64,000 nucleotides of DNA, from positions 849 through 64,848 of the forward strand of contig CANCTD010000001.1 of assembly GCA_947380945.1 (NCBI GenBank), read 5' to 3'. This DNA comes from Comamonadaceae bacterium (GTDB lineage: Bacteria; Pseudomonadota; Gammaproteobacteria; Burkholderiales; Burkholderiaceae_C). The position numbers and the translations under genes are program-made. Positions 38,809-50,043 of this stretch are shown here, piece after piece; position 1 is the first letter of the stretch; the number at the start of each line of letters is the position of its first letter. Under the pieces are notes generated by a model. The model was not told the origin of the DNA and did not search any database. It saw only the letters and a program-made list of their open reading frames with translations.

Positions 38809-40038
38809 TTACGCTGTCGCGTGGGTGTGGCGGTAATGGGCCAGGAAGCGGGCGATACGCGCAATGGCCTCGCGCAAATCGTCCTCATGGGGCAAAAAGA
38901 CAATGCGGAAATGATCAGGTGCGGCCCAATTGAATCCGGTTCCCTGCACCAACATCACGCGGGTTTCATTCAGCACATCGAGAAAGAATTCGCGGTCATC
39001 GGCAATCGGGTAGACCGTGGGATCCAGACGGGCAAACATGTACAACGCGGCAACCGGTTTGACGCAGCTGACGCCGGGTATCGCGGTAATCAGCTCGTAG
39101 GCCAGGTCACGCTGGCGGCGCAGACGGCCGCCCTCGGCCACCAGGTCATCGATACTTTGGTAGCCGCCCAAAGCGGTCTGCACCGCGTACTGCCCTGGCA
39201 CATTGGGGCACAGGCGCATGTTCGAGAGCATGTTCAAACCCTCAATGTAGTCCCTTGCGTGGCGCTTGTCACCGGACACCACCATCCAACCGGCACGGTA
39301 GCCGCAAGAGCGGTAGCTTTTGGACAGGGAGTTAAATGTCAGCGTCAGCACATCGGTGCTCAAGGACGCAATCGCTGTGTGGCGCACACCGTCGTACAGC
39401 ACCTTGTCGTACACCTCGTCGGCAAATATCACCAGCCCGTGCTGGCGTGCCAACGCCACAATCGCACGCAGGGTCGCATCTGCATAGAGCGCGCCGGTCG
39501 GGTTATTGGGGTTGATGACGACAATGCCTTTGGTGCGCGGCGAGATTTTGGCGCGCATATCGTCCAAATCGGGCTCCCAGCCCTTGGATTCGTCGCACAG
39601 GTAATGCACCGGCTTGCCGCCCGACAAGCTGGCAGCGGCGGTCCACAAGGGGTAATCGGGTGCGGGCAGCAGCAACTCATCGCCATCGTCCAGCAATGCG
39701 TTGGTGGCCATCACAATCAGTTCGCTCGCACCATTACCCAGGTAAATGTCGTCGAGGGTGACGCCGTGGATGTGCTGTTTCTGGGTCTCATGCATCACCG
39801 CCTTGCGCGCCGCGAAAATGCCTTTGCTGTCCGAATAACCGGAGGCGTTGGACAGGTTGCGCACCATGTCCTGCTGGATTTCCTCCGGCGCATCGAAGCC
39901 AAATACCGCCAGGTTGCCGATATTGAGCTTGATGATTTTTTGCCCCTCCTCCTCCATCTGCCGGGCGCGGTCCATGATGGGGCCGCGGATGTCGTAACAC
40001 ACGTTGGCCAGCTTGGCGGATTTGAGAACGGGCTTCAA
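38809..40038 (-). CDS. alaA: PLP-dependent aminotransferase class I (AlaA-like)
   Basis: KSAKLANVCYDIRGP, LNIGN, NPNNPTG, SLSKSYRSCGYRAGW; TTG start 40038 after AAGGAGG. Confidence 0.85.
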   Translation of the reverse strand: MKPVLKSAKLANVCYDIRGPIMDRARQMEEEGQKIIKLNIGNLAVFGFDAPEEIQQDMVRNLSNASGYSDSKGIFAARKAVMHETQKQHIHGVTLDDIYLGNGASELIVMATNALLDDGDELLLPAPDYPLWTAAASLSGGKPVHYLCDESKGWEPDLDDMRAKISPRTKGIVVINPNNPTGALYADATLRAIVALARQHGLVIFADEVYDKVLYDGVRHTAIASLSTDVLTLTFNSLSKSYRSCGYRAGWMVVSGDKRHARDYIEGLNMLSNMRLCPNVPGQYAVQTALGGYQSIDDLVAEGGRLRRQRDLAYELITAIPGVSCVKPVAALYMFARLDPTVYPIADDREFFLDVLNETRVMLVQGTGFNWAAPDHFRIVFLPHEDDLREAIARIARFLAHYRHTHATA

Positions 40039-40130
40039 GGTCCCTCCTTGGGGGATGCGGTGATTGCGGAGCCGATAATTGGAACACAATCGGCGTGCTT
40101 TCGGCGGCATCGGAAGCCGCTTCGCAATCT

Positions 40131-40496
40131 ATGAAATTCAACCCAGACCCCACGACCGGCAACACCATCTCCGGCTACGGCCCCGGCTGGGTGTCGGTCA
40201 ACGGCCAGCGCTTCCACGGCAACGTGTTGATTGGCCACACGCTTTTGGAGCCCTGGAATTGTGGCGATTTCGCCTCGCTGCGGGCGGAGAACTTCAGCCC
40301 TATTGCCAGCCAGAATCCGGAAGTGCTGATTTTCGGTAGCGGCGAGCGTTTGCAATTCCCGCCGGCGGAGGTACTGCGCGGGCTGTACGCCCGGAGAATC
40401 GGTGTGGAGACCATGGACACGCAGGCGGCCTGCCGCACCTACAACTTTTTGCTCGGAGAAGGCCGCCGGGTGATTGCCGCCCTGTTGATCGCTTGA
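40131..40496 (+). CDS. Mth938-like (DUF498) domain protein
   Basis: PEVLIFGSG..IGVETMDTQAACRTYNFLLGEGRRVIAALL. Confidence 0.9.
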   Translation: MKFNPDPTTGNTISGYGPGWVSVNGQRFHGNVLIGHTLLEPWNCGDFASLRAENFSPIASQNPEVLIFGSGERLQFPPAEVLRGLYARRIGVETMDTQAACRTYNFLLGEGRRVIAALLIA

Positions 40497-40660
40497 ACCT
40501 GCTGGCTGCAATGGCTGACAACTTGCGGTCAACGCAGCTCCCTGGCGGGCGAATTACGGCTAAAATACGCGGCTTCGGTCGGGGCACCCGCAGACTAGCA
40601 ACCATCGGTCACTCTTCCACCTTCCCTGACACATACAGCACGCGAGACTGAATCAATCCT

Positions 40661-41209
40661 ATGGCGATCGTTGTCAATAAACCCCTTCCCGAGTTCGAAG
40701 CCATGGCCACCGGTGGCGTGCGGGTGTCCAACACCTCCCATGTTGGCAAAACCATGGTGCTGTACTTCTACCCCAAGGACAACACCCCCGGTTGCACAAC
40801 CGAAGCTATGCAGTTCCGGGACAAGTACAAAGATTTCGTCAAAGCCGGTGCCCAGGTTTTTGGCGTATCGCGCGACAACATGCGTTCGCACGATGAGTTC
40901 AAAAGCAAATTGGAACTTCCTTTTGAGCTGGTTGCCGATACCGAAGAAAAGATGTGCCATATGTTTGGCGTCGTCAAGAACAAGATCATGTACGGCAAAA
41001 AGGTCAAAGGCATTGAACGCAGCACCTTTTTGATAGGCCCGGACGGTGTCTTGCGCGAAGAGTGGCGCGGCCTCAAAGTGCTGGGTCACGTAGATGAAGT
41101 GCTGAAAGCCGTCAAAGCCTTGAAGAAGGCCAACGGCAAACCCCTTGAAAAGCAGTCTGAATCCGTTGCGGAAAAAGTTGGCACCAAGGTCGCAGAAGTC
41201 GCGCAATAA
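40661..41209 (+). CDS. bcp: Peroxiredoxin, Bcp/PrxQ type
   Basis: VLYFYPKDNTPGCTTEA, GIERSTFLI. Confidence 0.9.
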   Translation: MAIVVNKPLPEFEAMATGGVRVSNTSHVGKTMVLYFYPKDNTPGCTTEAMQFRDKYKDFVKAGAQVFGVSRDNMRSHDEFKSKLELPFELVADTEEKMCHMFGVVKNKIMYGKKVKGIERSTFLIGPDGVLREEWRGLKVLGHVDEVLKAVKALKKANGKPLEKQSESVAEKVGTKVAEVAQ

Positions 41210-41291
41210 GGGCGCGCAGTGGCACCGCGGGTGTCATCCGGCTTGTGCATAATGTTCTGATGCGTACAGCCCAAAAGGTTTTTTCTCTGTA

Positions 41292-41320
41292 GGCCGCCTG
41301 TAATCCAGGCGGCTTTTTTT
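41292..41320 (+). terminator. Intrinsic terminator upstream of the PIN-PhoH gene
   Basis: GGCCGCCTG-TAATC-CAGGCGGCT followed by a T-run. Confidence 0.75.
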
Positions 41321-41363
41321 CGTCCTGATCGGGGATCTTCCCCGCTCCAACTGATTGCCATTC

Positions 41364-43019
41364 ATGCCCTTGCCTCCCGCACCCGCCAAGCGCGCTGACC
41401 GTATTGCGCTGGAAAAAGTCGCGAAAAACCAAGCTACCGAGCGAAAAATCCCCACCGCAGCCGCCGCACCGTCGCGACAGGCCGCAACCCACGCCCCGGC
41501 TGCACCAAAGGCAGCCGCACCTGCCTTATTGCAAGCGGACAAGGCAGCAGCCGGTGCGCCGGTTCGGTACTTGCAGACCGGCGGTGGCAAGCCCGCGCCG
41601 GCCAGCCAGGCCCAACGCAAACGCAGCAGCGGTCCGGCCAAACTGTTCGTGCTGGATACCAATGTGTTGCTGCACGACCCGATCTGCCTGTTCCGTTTTG
41701 AAGAGCACGATATTTTTCTGCCCATGGTGGTGCTGGAAGAGCTCGACGGCCACAAAAAGGGCATGACCGAAGTTGCCCGCAATGCGCGCCAGACCAGCCG
41801 CACGCTCGACGCTTTGGCGGCCAACCCGGACGCCGACATCACCCGTGGCCTGCCCCTGCACACCACCGGCCATAGCGATGCGCGCGGCAACCTGCTGTTC
41901 CAGACCGAGCCGCTGGACTACACCCTGCCCGCCAGCCTGCCCCAAGGCAAAGCGGACAACCAGATTCTGGGTGTGGTGGAGGCCCTGCGCCGCAAGTTGC
42001 CCCAGCGCGAGGTGGTGCTGGTGTCCAAAGACATCAATATGCGGGTCAAGGCGCGGGCGCTGGGCCTGAACACCGACGACTACAAAAACGACAAGACGCT
42101 GGAAGACGGCGATTTGCTCTACTCCGGTGCCTTGGCCCTGCCATCGGACTTCTGGGCCAGCCACGGGCAGGCAGTGGAGAGCTGGCAGCAGGGGCCGCAC
42201 ACCTTTTACAAGGTGGACGGGCCGGTGGTGCCGGATATGTATATCAACCAGTTTGTGTACTTCGAAGCCCCGGGCGAGCCCAGCCTGTACGCCCGGGTGG
42301 CTGAGATCCGGGGGACCACGGCCGTCTTGCGCACGCTCAAGGACTTCAACCACCTGAAAAACGCGGTTTGGGGCGTGACGGCTCGCAACCGGGAACAGAA
42401 TTTTGCGATGAACCTGCTGACCGACCCCGAGGTCGATTTCGTCACCCTCACCGGCACGGCGGGCACCGGCAAAACCTTGATGGCCTTGGCAGCGGGGCTG
42501 ACGCAGGTGCTGGATGACCGGCGCTATACCGAGATCATCGTCACCCGCGCCACCGTCAGCGTGGGCGAAGACATCGGCTTTCTGCCCGGCACCGAAGAGG
42601 AAAAAATGGGTCCCTGGATGGGCGCACTCGATGACAACCTCGAAGTGCTCGCCAAAACCGAGAACAGCGCCGGTGAGTGGGGACGCGCTGCGACCAATGA
42701 ACTGGTGCGCAGCCGCATCAAGATCAAAAGCATGAACTTCATGCGCGGACGCACGTTTTTGAACAAGTACGTGATCATCGATGAGGCCCAGAACCTCACG
42801 CCCAAGCAAATGAAAACCCTGATCACCCGCGCGGGTCCGGGTACCAAAATTGTCTGCATGGGCAATCTGGCGCAAATTGATACGCCTTACCTGACCGAGG
42901 GCTCGTCTGGCCTCACGTTTGCAGTCGACAAGTTCAAAGGCTGGCCGCATGGCGGCCACATCACACTGGCACGCGGTGAGCGCTCGCGCCTGGCCGACTT
43001 TGCCAGCGAAGTGCTCTAA
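41364..43019 (+). CDS. PIN-domain PhoH family protein (PhoH2/YlaK-like)
   Basis: FVLDTNVLLHDP PIN motif; GTAGTGKT; IGFLPG; MRGRT; IIDEAQN; GNLAQID. Confidence 0.92.
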   Translation: MPLPPAPAKRADRIALEKVAKNQATERKIPTAAAAPSRQAATHAPAAPKAAAPALLQADKAAAGAPVRYLQTGGGKPAPASQAQRKRSSGPAKLFVLDTNVLLHDPICLFRFEEHDIFLPMVVLEELDGHKKGMTEVARNARQTSRTLDALAANPDADITRGLPLHTTGHSDARGNLLFQTEPLDYTLPASLPQGKADNQILGVVEALRRKLPQREVVLVSKDINMRVKARALGLNTDDYKNDKTLEDGDLLYSGALALPSDFWASHGQAVESWQQGPHTFYKVDGPVVPDMYINQFVYFEAPGEPSLYARVAEIRGTTAVLRTLKDFNHLKNAVWGVTARNREQNFAMNLLTDPEVDFVTLTGTAGTGKTLMALAAGLTQVLDDRRYTEIIVTRATVSVGEDIGFLPGTEEEKMGPWMGALDDNLEVLAKTENSAGEWGRAATNELVRSRIKIKSMNFMRGRTFLNKYVIIDEAQNLTPKQMKTLITRAGPGTKIVCMGNLAQIDTPYLTEGSSGLTFAVDKFKGWPHGGHITLARGERSRLADFASEVL

Positions 43020-44413
43020 AAGTCGCCGCCCCCCCCGTGGGCCAGGCTTTCGAACTTGGTGATGTTGCGCAGGAAGGCCAGCTTCACCGTGCCGGTGGGG
43101 CCATTACGTTGCTTGGCGATGAGGATTTCGGCCACACCCGGCTCTTTGCACGCGTCCTTGGTGTAGTACTCATCGCGGTAAATAAACATGATGATGTCGG
43201 CGTCCTGCTCAATCGCGCCCGACTCGCGCAGGTCACTCATCATCGGGCGTTTGTCGGGGCGGGACTCCACGCTGCGGTTGAGCTGTGACAGCGCAATCAC
43301 CGGGCACTGCAGCTCTTTGGCCAGGGTTTTGAGTCCCCGGGAGATTTCGCCCAGCTCGGTCGCACGGTTCTCGCCGTCGCTGGCAGTGCCGCTCATGAGT
43401 TGCAGGTAGTCAACCACAATCAGCCCGAGCTTGCCGCACTTGCGCGCCAAGCGGCGCGCGTTGGCACGCAACTGGGCCGAATTCAATCCCGCGCTCTCGT
43501 CAATATGCAGCGACACCGTGCGCAGCTTTTCAATCGCCTCGGTCAGGCGCGGCCACTCATCGTCGGTCAGCTTGCCTGTGCGCAAATGGCCTTGGTCGAT
43601 ACGGCCAATAGAGCCCACCACCCGCACCGCCAACTGTGCGGCACCCATTTCCATGGAAAACACCGCAACCGGCAAGCCCTCGTTCAAGGCCACGTGCTCT
43701 GCGATATTGATGGCCAGCGCGGTTTTCCCCATGGACGGACGCGCGGCAAGAACAATTAAATCGCCCGCCTGAAAACCCGCCGTCATTCGGTCCAGGTCGT
43801 AAAAACCCGATGCGACCCCGGTGACGTCGTTGGGGTTGTCGGCCATTTCCTGCACGCGGTCCAGCAAGGTGACAACCAGGCTGCCCATGTCCTGAAAGCC
43901 CTGTTTGTGGCGTTGCCCCTGCTCGCCAATGCTGAAGATCTTCTGCTCCGATTCGTCCACGATATCGGATACCGGCCGGCCTTTGGGATTGAATGCGTTG
44001 GTGGCGATCTGGTCGCTGGCGGTTAGGAGCTTTCGCAGAATCGAGCGGTCCCGCACGATCTCGGCATAGCGGCGGATATTGGCGGCACCGGGCACGTACT
44101 GCGCCAGCGCATTCAGATAGGCCAGGCCACCGGCCTCGTCCGCCTTACCCTGGCTCTGCAAATGCTCGAAAACCGTGATGACGTCGGCCGGTCGGCTGGC
44201 ATTGATGATGGAAAAAATCGCGCCAAACACCAAACGGTGCTCGTAACGGTAAAAGTCCTCCTCGGTCAGGATGTCTGCGACCGCATCCCAGGCCTGGTTG
44301 TCGAGCAGCAAACCACCGAGCACGCTGGATTCGCCCTCAAGCGAGTGTGGCGGCACGCGCAGCTGCGCTATCTGCCGGTCCGGCGCTGTCTCTTCGCTGC
44401 TTCCAACTGCCAT
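43016..44413 (-). CDS. dnaB: Replicative DNA helicase
   Basis: VPPHS, AARPSMGKT, FSMEM, VVDYLQLM, SDLRESGAIEQDAD, KQRNGPTG. Confidence 0.97.
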   Translation of the reverse strand: MAVGSSEETAPDRQIAQLRVPPHSLEGESSVLGGLLLDNQAWDAVADILTEEDFYRYEHRLVFGAIFSIINASRPADVITVFEHLQSQGKADEAGGLAYLNALAQYVPGAANIRRYAEIVRDRSILRKLLTASDQIATNAFNPKGRPVSDIVDESEQKIFSIGEQGQRHKQGFQDMGSLVVTLLDRVQEMADNPNDVTGVASGFYDLDRMTAGFQAGDLIVLAARPSMGKTALAINIAEHVALNEGLPVAVFSMEMGAAQLAVRVVGSIGRIDQGHLRTGKLTDDEWPRLTEAIEKLRTVSLHIDESAGLNSAQLRANARRLARKCGKLGLIVVDYLQLMSGTASDGENRATELGEISRGLKTLAKELQCPVIALSQLNRSVESRPDKRPMMSDLRESGAIEQDADIIMFIYRDEYYTKDACKEPGVAEILIAKQRNGPTGTVKLAFLRNITKFESLAHGGGGDF

Positions 44414-44505
44414 AGATTCTCCAAAGAAAAAGCCGCTCGGCGTCAACCCAGCGGCTTCTTGTCAGGGCTGCCCGCGGACCTGCGTCCGCGCGCGCCCGGC
44501 GGGTG

Positions 44506-44958
44506 TCAGGCCGTTTCGCCGTAAACCGAAACCGTGATGTCAACCACCACATCGGTATGCAAAGCCACCGAAACCGTAGTATCGCCCACGGTTTTGATCG
44601 GGCCGTTGGGCATGCGGACTGCGGCTTTGACCACCTTGTAACCGGTCTTACCCAGCTCTTCGGCAATGTCAAAGTTGGTCACCGAGCCGAACAAGCGGCC
44701 GTCGACGCCGGCTTTTTGGGTCAGCTTGACGGTGGAGCCGGCCAGTTTTTCGCCCAAAGCGGTGGCTTCGGCCAATTTGGCGGCGGCTGCAGCCTCGAGC
44801 TCTTTGCGGCGGGCTTCGAATTCGGCTTTGGCCGATTCGGTTGCGCGGCGTGCGCGTCCCGAGGGGATCAAAAAGTTGCGGGCGTAGCCGTCTTTGACTT
44901 TGACAATCTCACCGAGGTTGCCCAGGTTCACGACTTTGTCGAGAAGAATAATTTGCAT
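44506..44958 (-). CDS. rplI: 50S ribosomal protein L9
   Basis: [32 protein letters not shown]. Confidence 0.98.
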   Translation of the reverse strand: MQIILLDKVVNLGNLGEIVKVKDGYARNFLIPSGRARRATESAKAEFEARRKELEAAAAAKLAEATALGEKLAGSTVKLTQKAGVDGRLFGSVTNFDIAEELGKTGYKVVKAAVRMPNGPIKTVGDTTVSVALHTDVVVDITVSVYGETA

Positions 44959-44969
44959 GCTGGTACTCC

Positions 44970-45251
44970 TCAGATTTTGTGCTGGTCGCTGTAGGGCAAC
45001 ATGGCCAGGAAGCGAGCGCGCTTGATGGCGGTATTCAACTGGCGTTGAAAAATCGCGCGGGTTCCGGTCAAACGCGCGGGAATGATTTTCCCGTTTTCAG
45101 CGATGAAGTCACGCAGGGTGTCGATGTCCTTGTAGTCGATTTCCTCGACACCGGTCACGGTAAAGCGGCAAAAGCGCTTGCGTTTGAAAAGCAAAGACTG
45201 GGTGTTGCGCTTGGGGCGCTTGTCTTTGTTGAATTTTTTGAATGTAGCCAT
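44970..45251 (-). CDS. rpsR: 30S ribosomal protein S18
   Basis: [29 protein letters not shown]. Confidence 0.98.
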   Translation of the reverse strand: MATFKKFNKDKRPKRNTQSLLFKRKRFCRFTVTGVEEIDYKDIDTLRDFIAENGKIIPARLTGTRAIFQRQLNTAIKRARFLAMLPYSDQHKI

Positions 45252-45264
45252 CTCTATTCCTCAA

Positions 45265-45552
45265 CTAATCTTGAACAAATTCCTGAACCTGGAAAACCAG
45301 CGACTTCGATTGCCGCCCGTTTGCCAAAAAACCACTGAACTTCCAACTGCTGCCCAAAGGCTGCGCTGCCAACCGTTCTGCAACCGCTCCAAAGGCCATG
45401 GACTTCACCGTCACATCAACTTTGCGCTGCGCATGCACATCGTGCACCTGCGAGCTGTGTTGCACGATGAAACCAAGGGCCGGTAGTCCCGCCGGTGTGT
45501 AACGCATAGCGTCACGCTCGACCAGCACGCCACTGAGCTGGACCTGGTTCAT
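45265..45552 (-). CDS. priB: Primosomal replication protein PriB
   Basis: RYTPAGLP OB-fold motif; canonical rpsF-priB-rpsR-rplI order. Confidence 0.92.
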   Translation of the reverse strand: MNQVQLSGVLVERDAMRYTPAGLPALGFIVQHSSQVHDVHAQRKVDVTVKSMAFGAVAERLAAQPLGSSWKFSGFLANGRQSKSLVFQVQEFVQD

Positions 45553-45580
45553 CGCCCGGTTGCTGCCGCGCGCGCTCCGG

Positions 45581-45946
45581 TCAGGCGTGGAAATCCGAGG
45601 GTTGCGAGCGACGCGCTTCTTCGCGCTCGACCGAACGCATCATGGAAGACGGGCCGGTTTCAGCCTTCTTCTTGGAAACGGTCAGGTGGCGCAGTACTGC
45701 GTCGTTGAACTTGAAGGCATGCTCCAACTCAGCCATGACGGCTTGGCTGGCTTCGATATTGATGCACAGGTAGTGGGACTTGGCCAGCTTGTTGATCATG
45801 TACACCATCTGGCGACGGCCCCAATCCTCAACCCGGTGGATATGACCACCGCCAGCGGTGATCATCCCTTTGTAGCGCTCCAGCATGGCCGGAACCTGTT
45901 CGCTCTGATCCGGATGGATCATGAGAATGATTTCATAATGACGCAT
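45581..45946 (-). CDS. rpsF: 30S ribosomal protein S6
   Basis: [27 protein letters not shown]. Confidence 0.98.
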   Translation of the reverse strand: MRHYEIILMIHPDQSEQVPAMLERYKGMITAGGGHIHRVEDWGRRQMVYMINKLAKSHYLCINIEASQAVMAELEHAFKFNDAVLRHLTVSKKKAETGPSSMMRSVEREEARRSQPSDFHA

Positions 45947-45955
45947 TGAAACTCC

Positions 45956-48430
45956 TTATGGAAAGCCCCTTAAAGGGCGTGAAGTCACCCCCAGCGTCTG
46001 CGGGGTGTGACAAGGCGAAGCCCGCGATTCTAGCAGTAAAGCGCCGGCCAGCTGCTTCCAGGTCGCGATCACGCTGTCGGGATTGAGCGAAATCGACGAA
46101 ATCCCCTCCTCCAGCAGCCAGCGCGCAAAGTCCGGGTGGTCACTGGGACCCTGGCCGCAAATGCCGATGTACTTGCCCTGTTTTTTGCAGGCCGCAATCG
46201 CCATGCGGATCAGCGCCTTGACCGCCGGGTCGCGCTCATCAAAGTCCGCCGCCAGCAATTCCATGCCGGAATCGCGGTCCAGACCCAGGGTGAGCTGGGT
46301 CAGGTCGTTTGAGCCTATCGAGAAGCCGTCGAAATACGCGAGAAATTCCTCCGCCAGGATCGCGTTGCTGGGGATCTCGCACATCATGACCAGTTGCAAG
46401 CCATCTTTGCCCCGCTCCAATCCCTGGGTGGCCATCAGCTCGGTCACCCGGCGCGCCTGCTCGAGCGTGCGCACAAAGGGCACCATCACCTGCACATTGC
46501 TCAAGCCCATGGTGTTGCGCACGCGCTTTATCGCTTCGCACTCCATGGCAAAGGCTTCGCGGAAATCGGCGCTGACATAGCGCGCCGCGCCGCGAAAACC
46601 GAGCATGGGATTCTCTTCCTCGGGCTCGTAGCGGCTGCCGCCAATCAGTTTGCGGTATTCGTTGCTTTTGAAATCGGACAGACGCACGATGACCGGCTTG
46701 GGCCAGAAAGCCGCGGCGATGGTGGCCACACCCTCGGCGACCTTGTCGACGTAAAAAGCCCGGGGTGAGGCATGGCCGCGCGCCACGGATTCCACTGCAT
46801 TTTTCAGATCCGGGGCGACATTGGGGTATTCCAAGATTGCCTTGGGATGCACGCCGATGTTGTTGTTGATGATGAACTCCAGGCGGGCCAATCCCACGCC
46901 GGCGTTGGGCAGCTGGCAAAAGTCAAAAGCGAGCTGCGGATTGCCCACATTCATCATGATCTTGAGATCCATCTCGGGCATGGTGCCGCGCTGCACCTCG
47001 CTGACCTCGGTTTCCAGCAGCCCATCGTAGATAAATCCGGTATCGCCTTCAGCGCAGCTGACCGTCACCAGCATGCCGGTTTGCAAATGGTCCGTCGCAT
47101 CACCGCAGCCGACTACGGCTGGAATCCCCAACTCGCGGGCAATGATGGCCGCGTGGCAGGTGCGACCGCCCCGGTTTGTGACGATGGCCGAGGCGCGTTT
47201 CATGACCGGCTCCCAGTTGGGATCGGTCATATCGGTCACCAAGACGTCACCGGCCTGGACCTGGTCCATATCGTCCAGGCTGTGCACCACCCGCACCGGA
47301 CCGGTTCCGATTTTTTGTCCGATTGCCCGCCCCTGCGCCTTGATTGCGCCGCGCCCTTTGAGCGCATAGCGCAACTCGGGCGCATTGCCCGCCTGGCTTT
47401 TCACCGTCTCCGGGCGGGCCTGCAGGATGTAGAGGCCGCCGTCCACGCCGTCTTTGCCCCATTCGATGTCCATGGGACGGCCGTAGTGCGCCTCGATTAC
47501 CAGCGCATAACGCGCCAGTTGCAAGACATCGGCATCGCTCAGCGAATAACGGTTGCGCATCTCAGCGGGCACGTCGCTGGTCTTCACCAACTTCCCGCTT
47601 GCCGCCTTTTCCGCCGCGTCGGCAAATTCCATCTGGATCAGCTTGGAGCCCAGGCTGCGCCGGATCAGGGCGGGGAAGCCGGCGCGCAAGGTCGGCTTGT
47701 GCACATAAAACTCGTCCGGATTGACCGCGCCCTGCACCACGGTTTCGCCCAGGCCGTAGCTGGCCGTGATGAAAACCACGTCATCAAAGCCCGACTCGGT
47801 ATCCAGGGTGAACATCACGCCTGCGGCGCCCTTGTCCGAGCGCACCATGCGCTGCACGCCGGCGCTGAGTGCGACCACGTCGTGGGCAAAACCCTTGTGG
47901 ACGCGGTAGCTGATGGCGCGGTCGTTGTACAACGAAGCAAACACCTCCCGCATCTTGTGCAACACGTCGTCGATGCCGGTGACATTCAAAAACGTCTCTT
48001 GCTGCCCGGCGAAGGAGGCGTCCGGCAAATCTTCGGCGGTGGCGGACGAGCGCACGGCGAACGAAGCCTGGGCGTCGCCTGCGGCCAGCGTGGCAAATGC
48101 CGTGCGCACCGCTTGCTCAAATGCAGGCGGCAAGGGCTGCGCCTCGACCAGGGCCCGGATGCGCGCGCCGGTTTGCGCCAGCGTGCGCACGTCTTCTCCG
48201 TCCCATTGCGCCAACTCGGCACTGATTTTTTGATCCAAACCGCCGTAGCGCAAAAATTCGCGGTAGGCGTGCGCGGTGGTAGCAAAGCCGCCGGGTACCT
48301 TCACGCCCTGCGGCAACTGGGAAATCATCTCGCCCAGGCTGGCGTTTTTGCCCCCTACAGCCTCCACATCGGACATTCGCAGGTGCTCAAAAGGCACGAC
48401 CCAATCGGTCGCTTGGAACAGGTTTGACAT
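45956..48430 (-). CDS. ppsA: Phosphoenolpyruvate synthase
   Basis: [53 protein letters not shown]; GGAG SD before ATG 48430. Confidence 0.96.
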   Translation of the reverse strand: MSNLFQATDWVVPFEHLRMSDVEAVGGKNASLGEMISQLPQGVKVPGGFATTAHAYREFLRYGGLDQKISAELAQWDGEDVRTLAQTGARIRALVEAQPLPPAFEQAVRTAFATLAAGDAQASFAVRSSATAEDLPDASFAGQQETFLNVTGIDDVLHKMREVFASLYNDRAISYRVHKGFAHDVVALSAGVQRMVRSDKGAAGVMFTLDTESGFDDVVFITASYGLGETVVQGAVNPDEFYVHKPTLRAGFPALIRRSLGSKLIQMEFADAAEKAASGKLVKTSDVPAEMRNRYSLSDADVLQLARYALVIEAHYGRPMDIEWGKDGVDGGLYILQARPETVKSQAGNAPELRYALKGRGAIKAQGRAIGQKIGTGPVRVVHSLDDMDQVQAGDVLVTDMTDPNWEPVMKRASAIVTNRGGRTCHAAIIARELGIPAVVGCGDATDHLQTGMLVTVSCAEGDTGFIYDGLLETEVSEVQRGTMPEMDLKIMMNVGNPQLAFDFCQLPNAGVGLARLEFIINNNIGVHPKAILEYPNVAPDLKNAVESVARGHASPRAFYVDKVAEGVATIAAAFWPKPVIVRLSDFKSNEYRKLIGGSRYEPEEENPMLGFRGAARYVSADFREAFAMECEAIKRVRNTMGLSNVQVMVPFVRTLEQARRVTELMATQGLERGKDGLQLVMMCEIPSNAILAEEFLAYFDGFSIGSNDLTQLTLGLDRDSGMELLAADFDERDPAVKALIRMAIAACKKQGKYIGICGQGPSDHPDFARWLLEEGISSISLNPDSVIATWKQLAGALLLESRASPCHTPQTLGVTSRPLRGFP

Positions 48431-48605
48431 CACAACTCCTAAGTTAAAAACCGGTTTTGCAAGGCCTGCTTCGCCCGCTCCCGCGCCGGCGCGCATGCGC
48501 CAGAAGCCGGCCTGTAGTTGTGTTCTGGGACGGCTGGAAAAGCCTGATTACAAATTGGTAACAATTGTAGGCCGCGCAATCGCGCCCCACCCGCTAGGTT
48601 TTCGC

Positions 48606-49427
48606 ATGTCCCAACGCAGCGTATTTTTTGTCTCCGACGGCACCGGCATCACCGCCGAAACCTTTGGCAACGCCATCCTGGCGCAGTTCGAAACCACCAC
48701 CCGCCACGTGCGCCTGCCCTTTGTGGACACGGTGGACAAAGCCTACCAGGCGGTGCGCCAGATCAACCATGCCGGCGAGATCGACGGGACCCGCCCCATC
48801 GTCTTCACCACGCTGGTGGACATGCAGGTGCTGGCGGTGCTGCGTGAGGGCTGCAAATGCATGTTCCTGGACATGTTCGGCACTTTTGTGGAGCCCTTGG
48901 AAGCCGAGCTTGATCTGAAGTCCAACCACCGCGTGGGGCGCTTCAGCGATGTATCCAAAAGCCAGGCCTACCACGACCGGATCGAGGCGATTAACTTTTC
49001 TTTGGCCCACGACGACGGCCAGAGCAACCGCGATCTGCAGCAGTCGGATGTGATTCTGGTGGGCGTGAGCCGCAGCGGCAAGACGCCTACATCGCTGTAT
49101 CTGGCCATGCAATACGGCTTGAAGGCCGCGAACTACCCCTTGATCCCGGAAGATTTTGAGCGCCAGCAGCTCCCGCCGGCGCTGCTCCCGCACCGGGGCA
49201 AGATGTTCGGCCTGACCATACTGCCCGAACGCCTGAGCGAAATCCGCAACGAGAGGCGGCCCGATTCGCGTTACGCCTCGCTTGCCAACTGCCGCATGGA
49301 GGTCAGCGAAGCCGAAGCCATGATGCGCCGCGCCGGCATCCGCTGGCTGTCGACCACCACCAAATCCATCGAAGAGATTGCCACCACCATCCTGCAGGAA
49401 TTGCACCCGCAGCGGCTGGCTTACTAG
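48606..49427 (+). CDS. ppsR: PEP synthase regulatory kinase/pyrophosphorylase
   Basis: [26 protein letters not shown]; divergent from ppsA. Confidence 0.93.
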   Translation: MSQRSVFFVSDGTGITAETFGNAILAQFETTTRHVRLPFVDTVDKAYQAVRQINHAGEIDGTRPIVFTTLVDMQVLAVLREGCKCMFLDMFGTFVEPLEAELDLKSNHRVGRFSDVSKSQAYHDRIEAINFSLAHDDGQSNRDLQQSDVILVGVSRSGKTPTSLYLAMQYGLKAANYPLIPEDFERQQLPPALLPHRGKMFGLTILPERLSEIRNERRPDSRYASLANCRMEVSEAEAMMRRAGIRWLSTTTKSIEEIATTILQELHPQRLAY

Positions 49428-49442
49428 CGCGCGGCCAGCGCG

Positions 49443-49853
49443 TTACAACCCGATTGCGGCGATGCCCGCGCGCGCCACTTGGGCATCTTCGGGCGATTTG
49501 ACGCCGCTGACCCCGACAGCGCCCAGGCACTGACCGTCTTTCATGATCGGTACGCCACCTTCGAGCATGCCCTCAATGGTGGGCGCGCTCAGGAAAGACA
49601 CACGGCCTTCCTTGTTGATGACCTCTTCGTAAATGCGCGACTCGCGGCAACCCAGAGCCGAGGTGCGGGCCTTGGCGGGAGCGATCAGTGTGGAAATAGG
49701 TGGCGCGCCATCAAGGCGCTGAAACCACAGCAAATGGCCGCCGTCATCCACGATACAAATACACACGGCCCAATTGTTTTTGACAGCTTCGGCCTCGGCG
49801 GCGGCGGCAATCGCCTTCAGGTCGGAGGCTTCCAGTACAGATTTATTTTTCAT
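49443..49853 (-). CDS. GlcG/HbpS family heme-binding protein
   Basis: IVDDGGHL..RLDGA..AKARTS..GGVPI..GAVGVSG. Confidence 0.9.
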   Translation of the reverse strand: MKNKSVLEASDLKAIAAAAEAEAVKNNWAVCICIVDDGGHLLWFQRLDGAPPISTLIAPAKARTSALGCRESRIYEEVINKEGRVSFLSAPTIEGMLEGGVPIMKDGQCLGAVGVSGVKSPEDAQVARAGIAAIGL

Positions 49854-50043
49854 GGTTCAGGCTTTACAGTGGTCAAAAGTCCAAGCATACCGCGCCCGCA
49901 GCGCCCACAACGCGGCCCGGCGCGCCTTGAAAAGACTGTGTTGTGCAGGGGTTTTACGGCGCGCACTTGCAATCGGCGCGGATGGCGCAAAATAGCGATG
50001 TGGTCAGACAACACGGCCGCATTACCTTTTGAGGAGTTTCATC

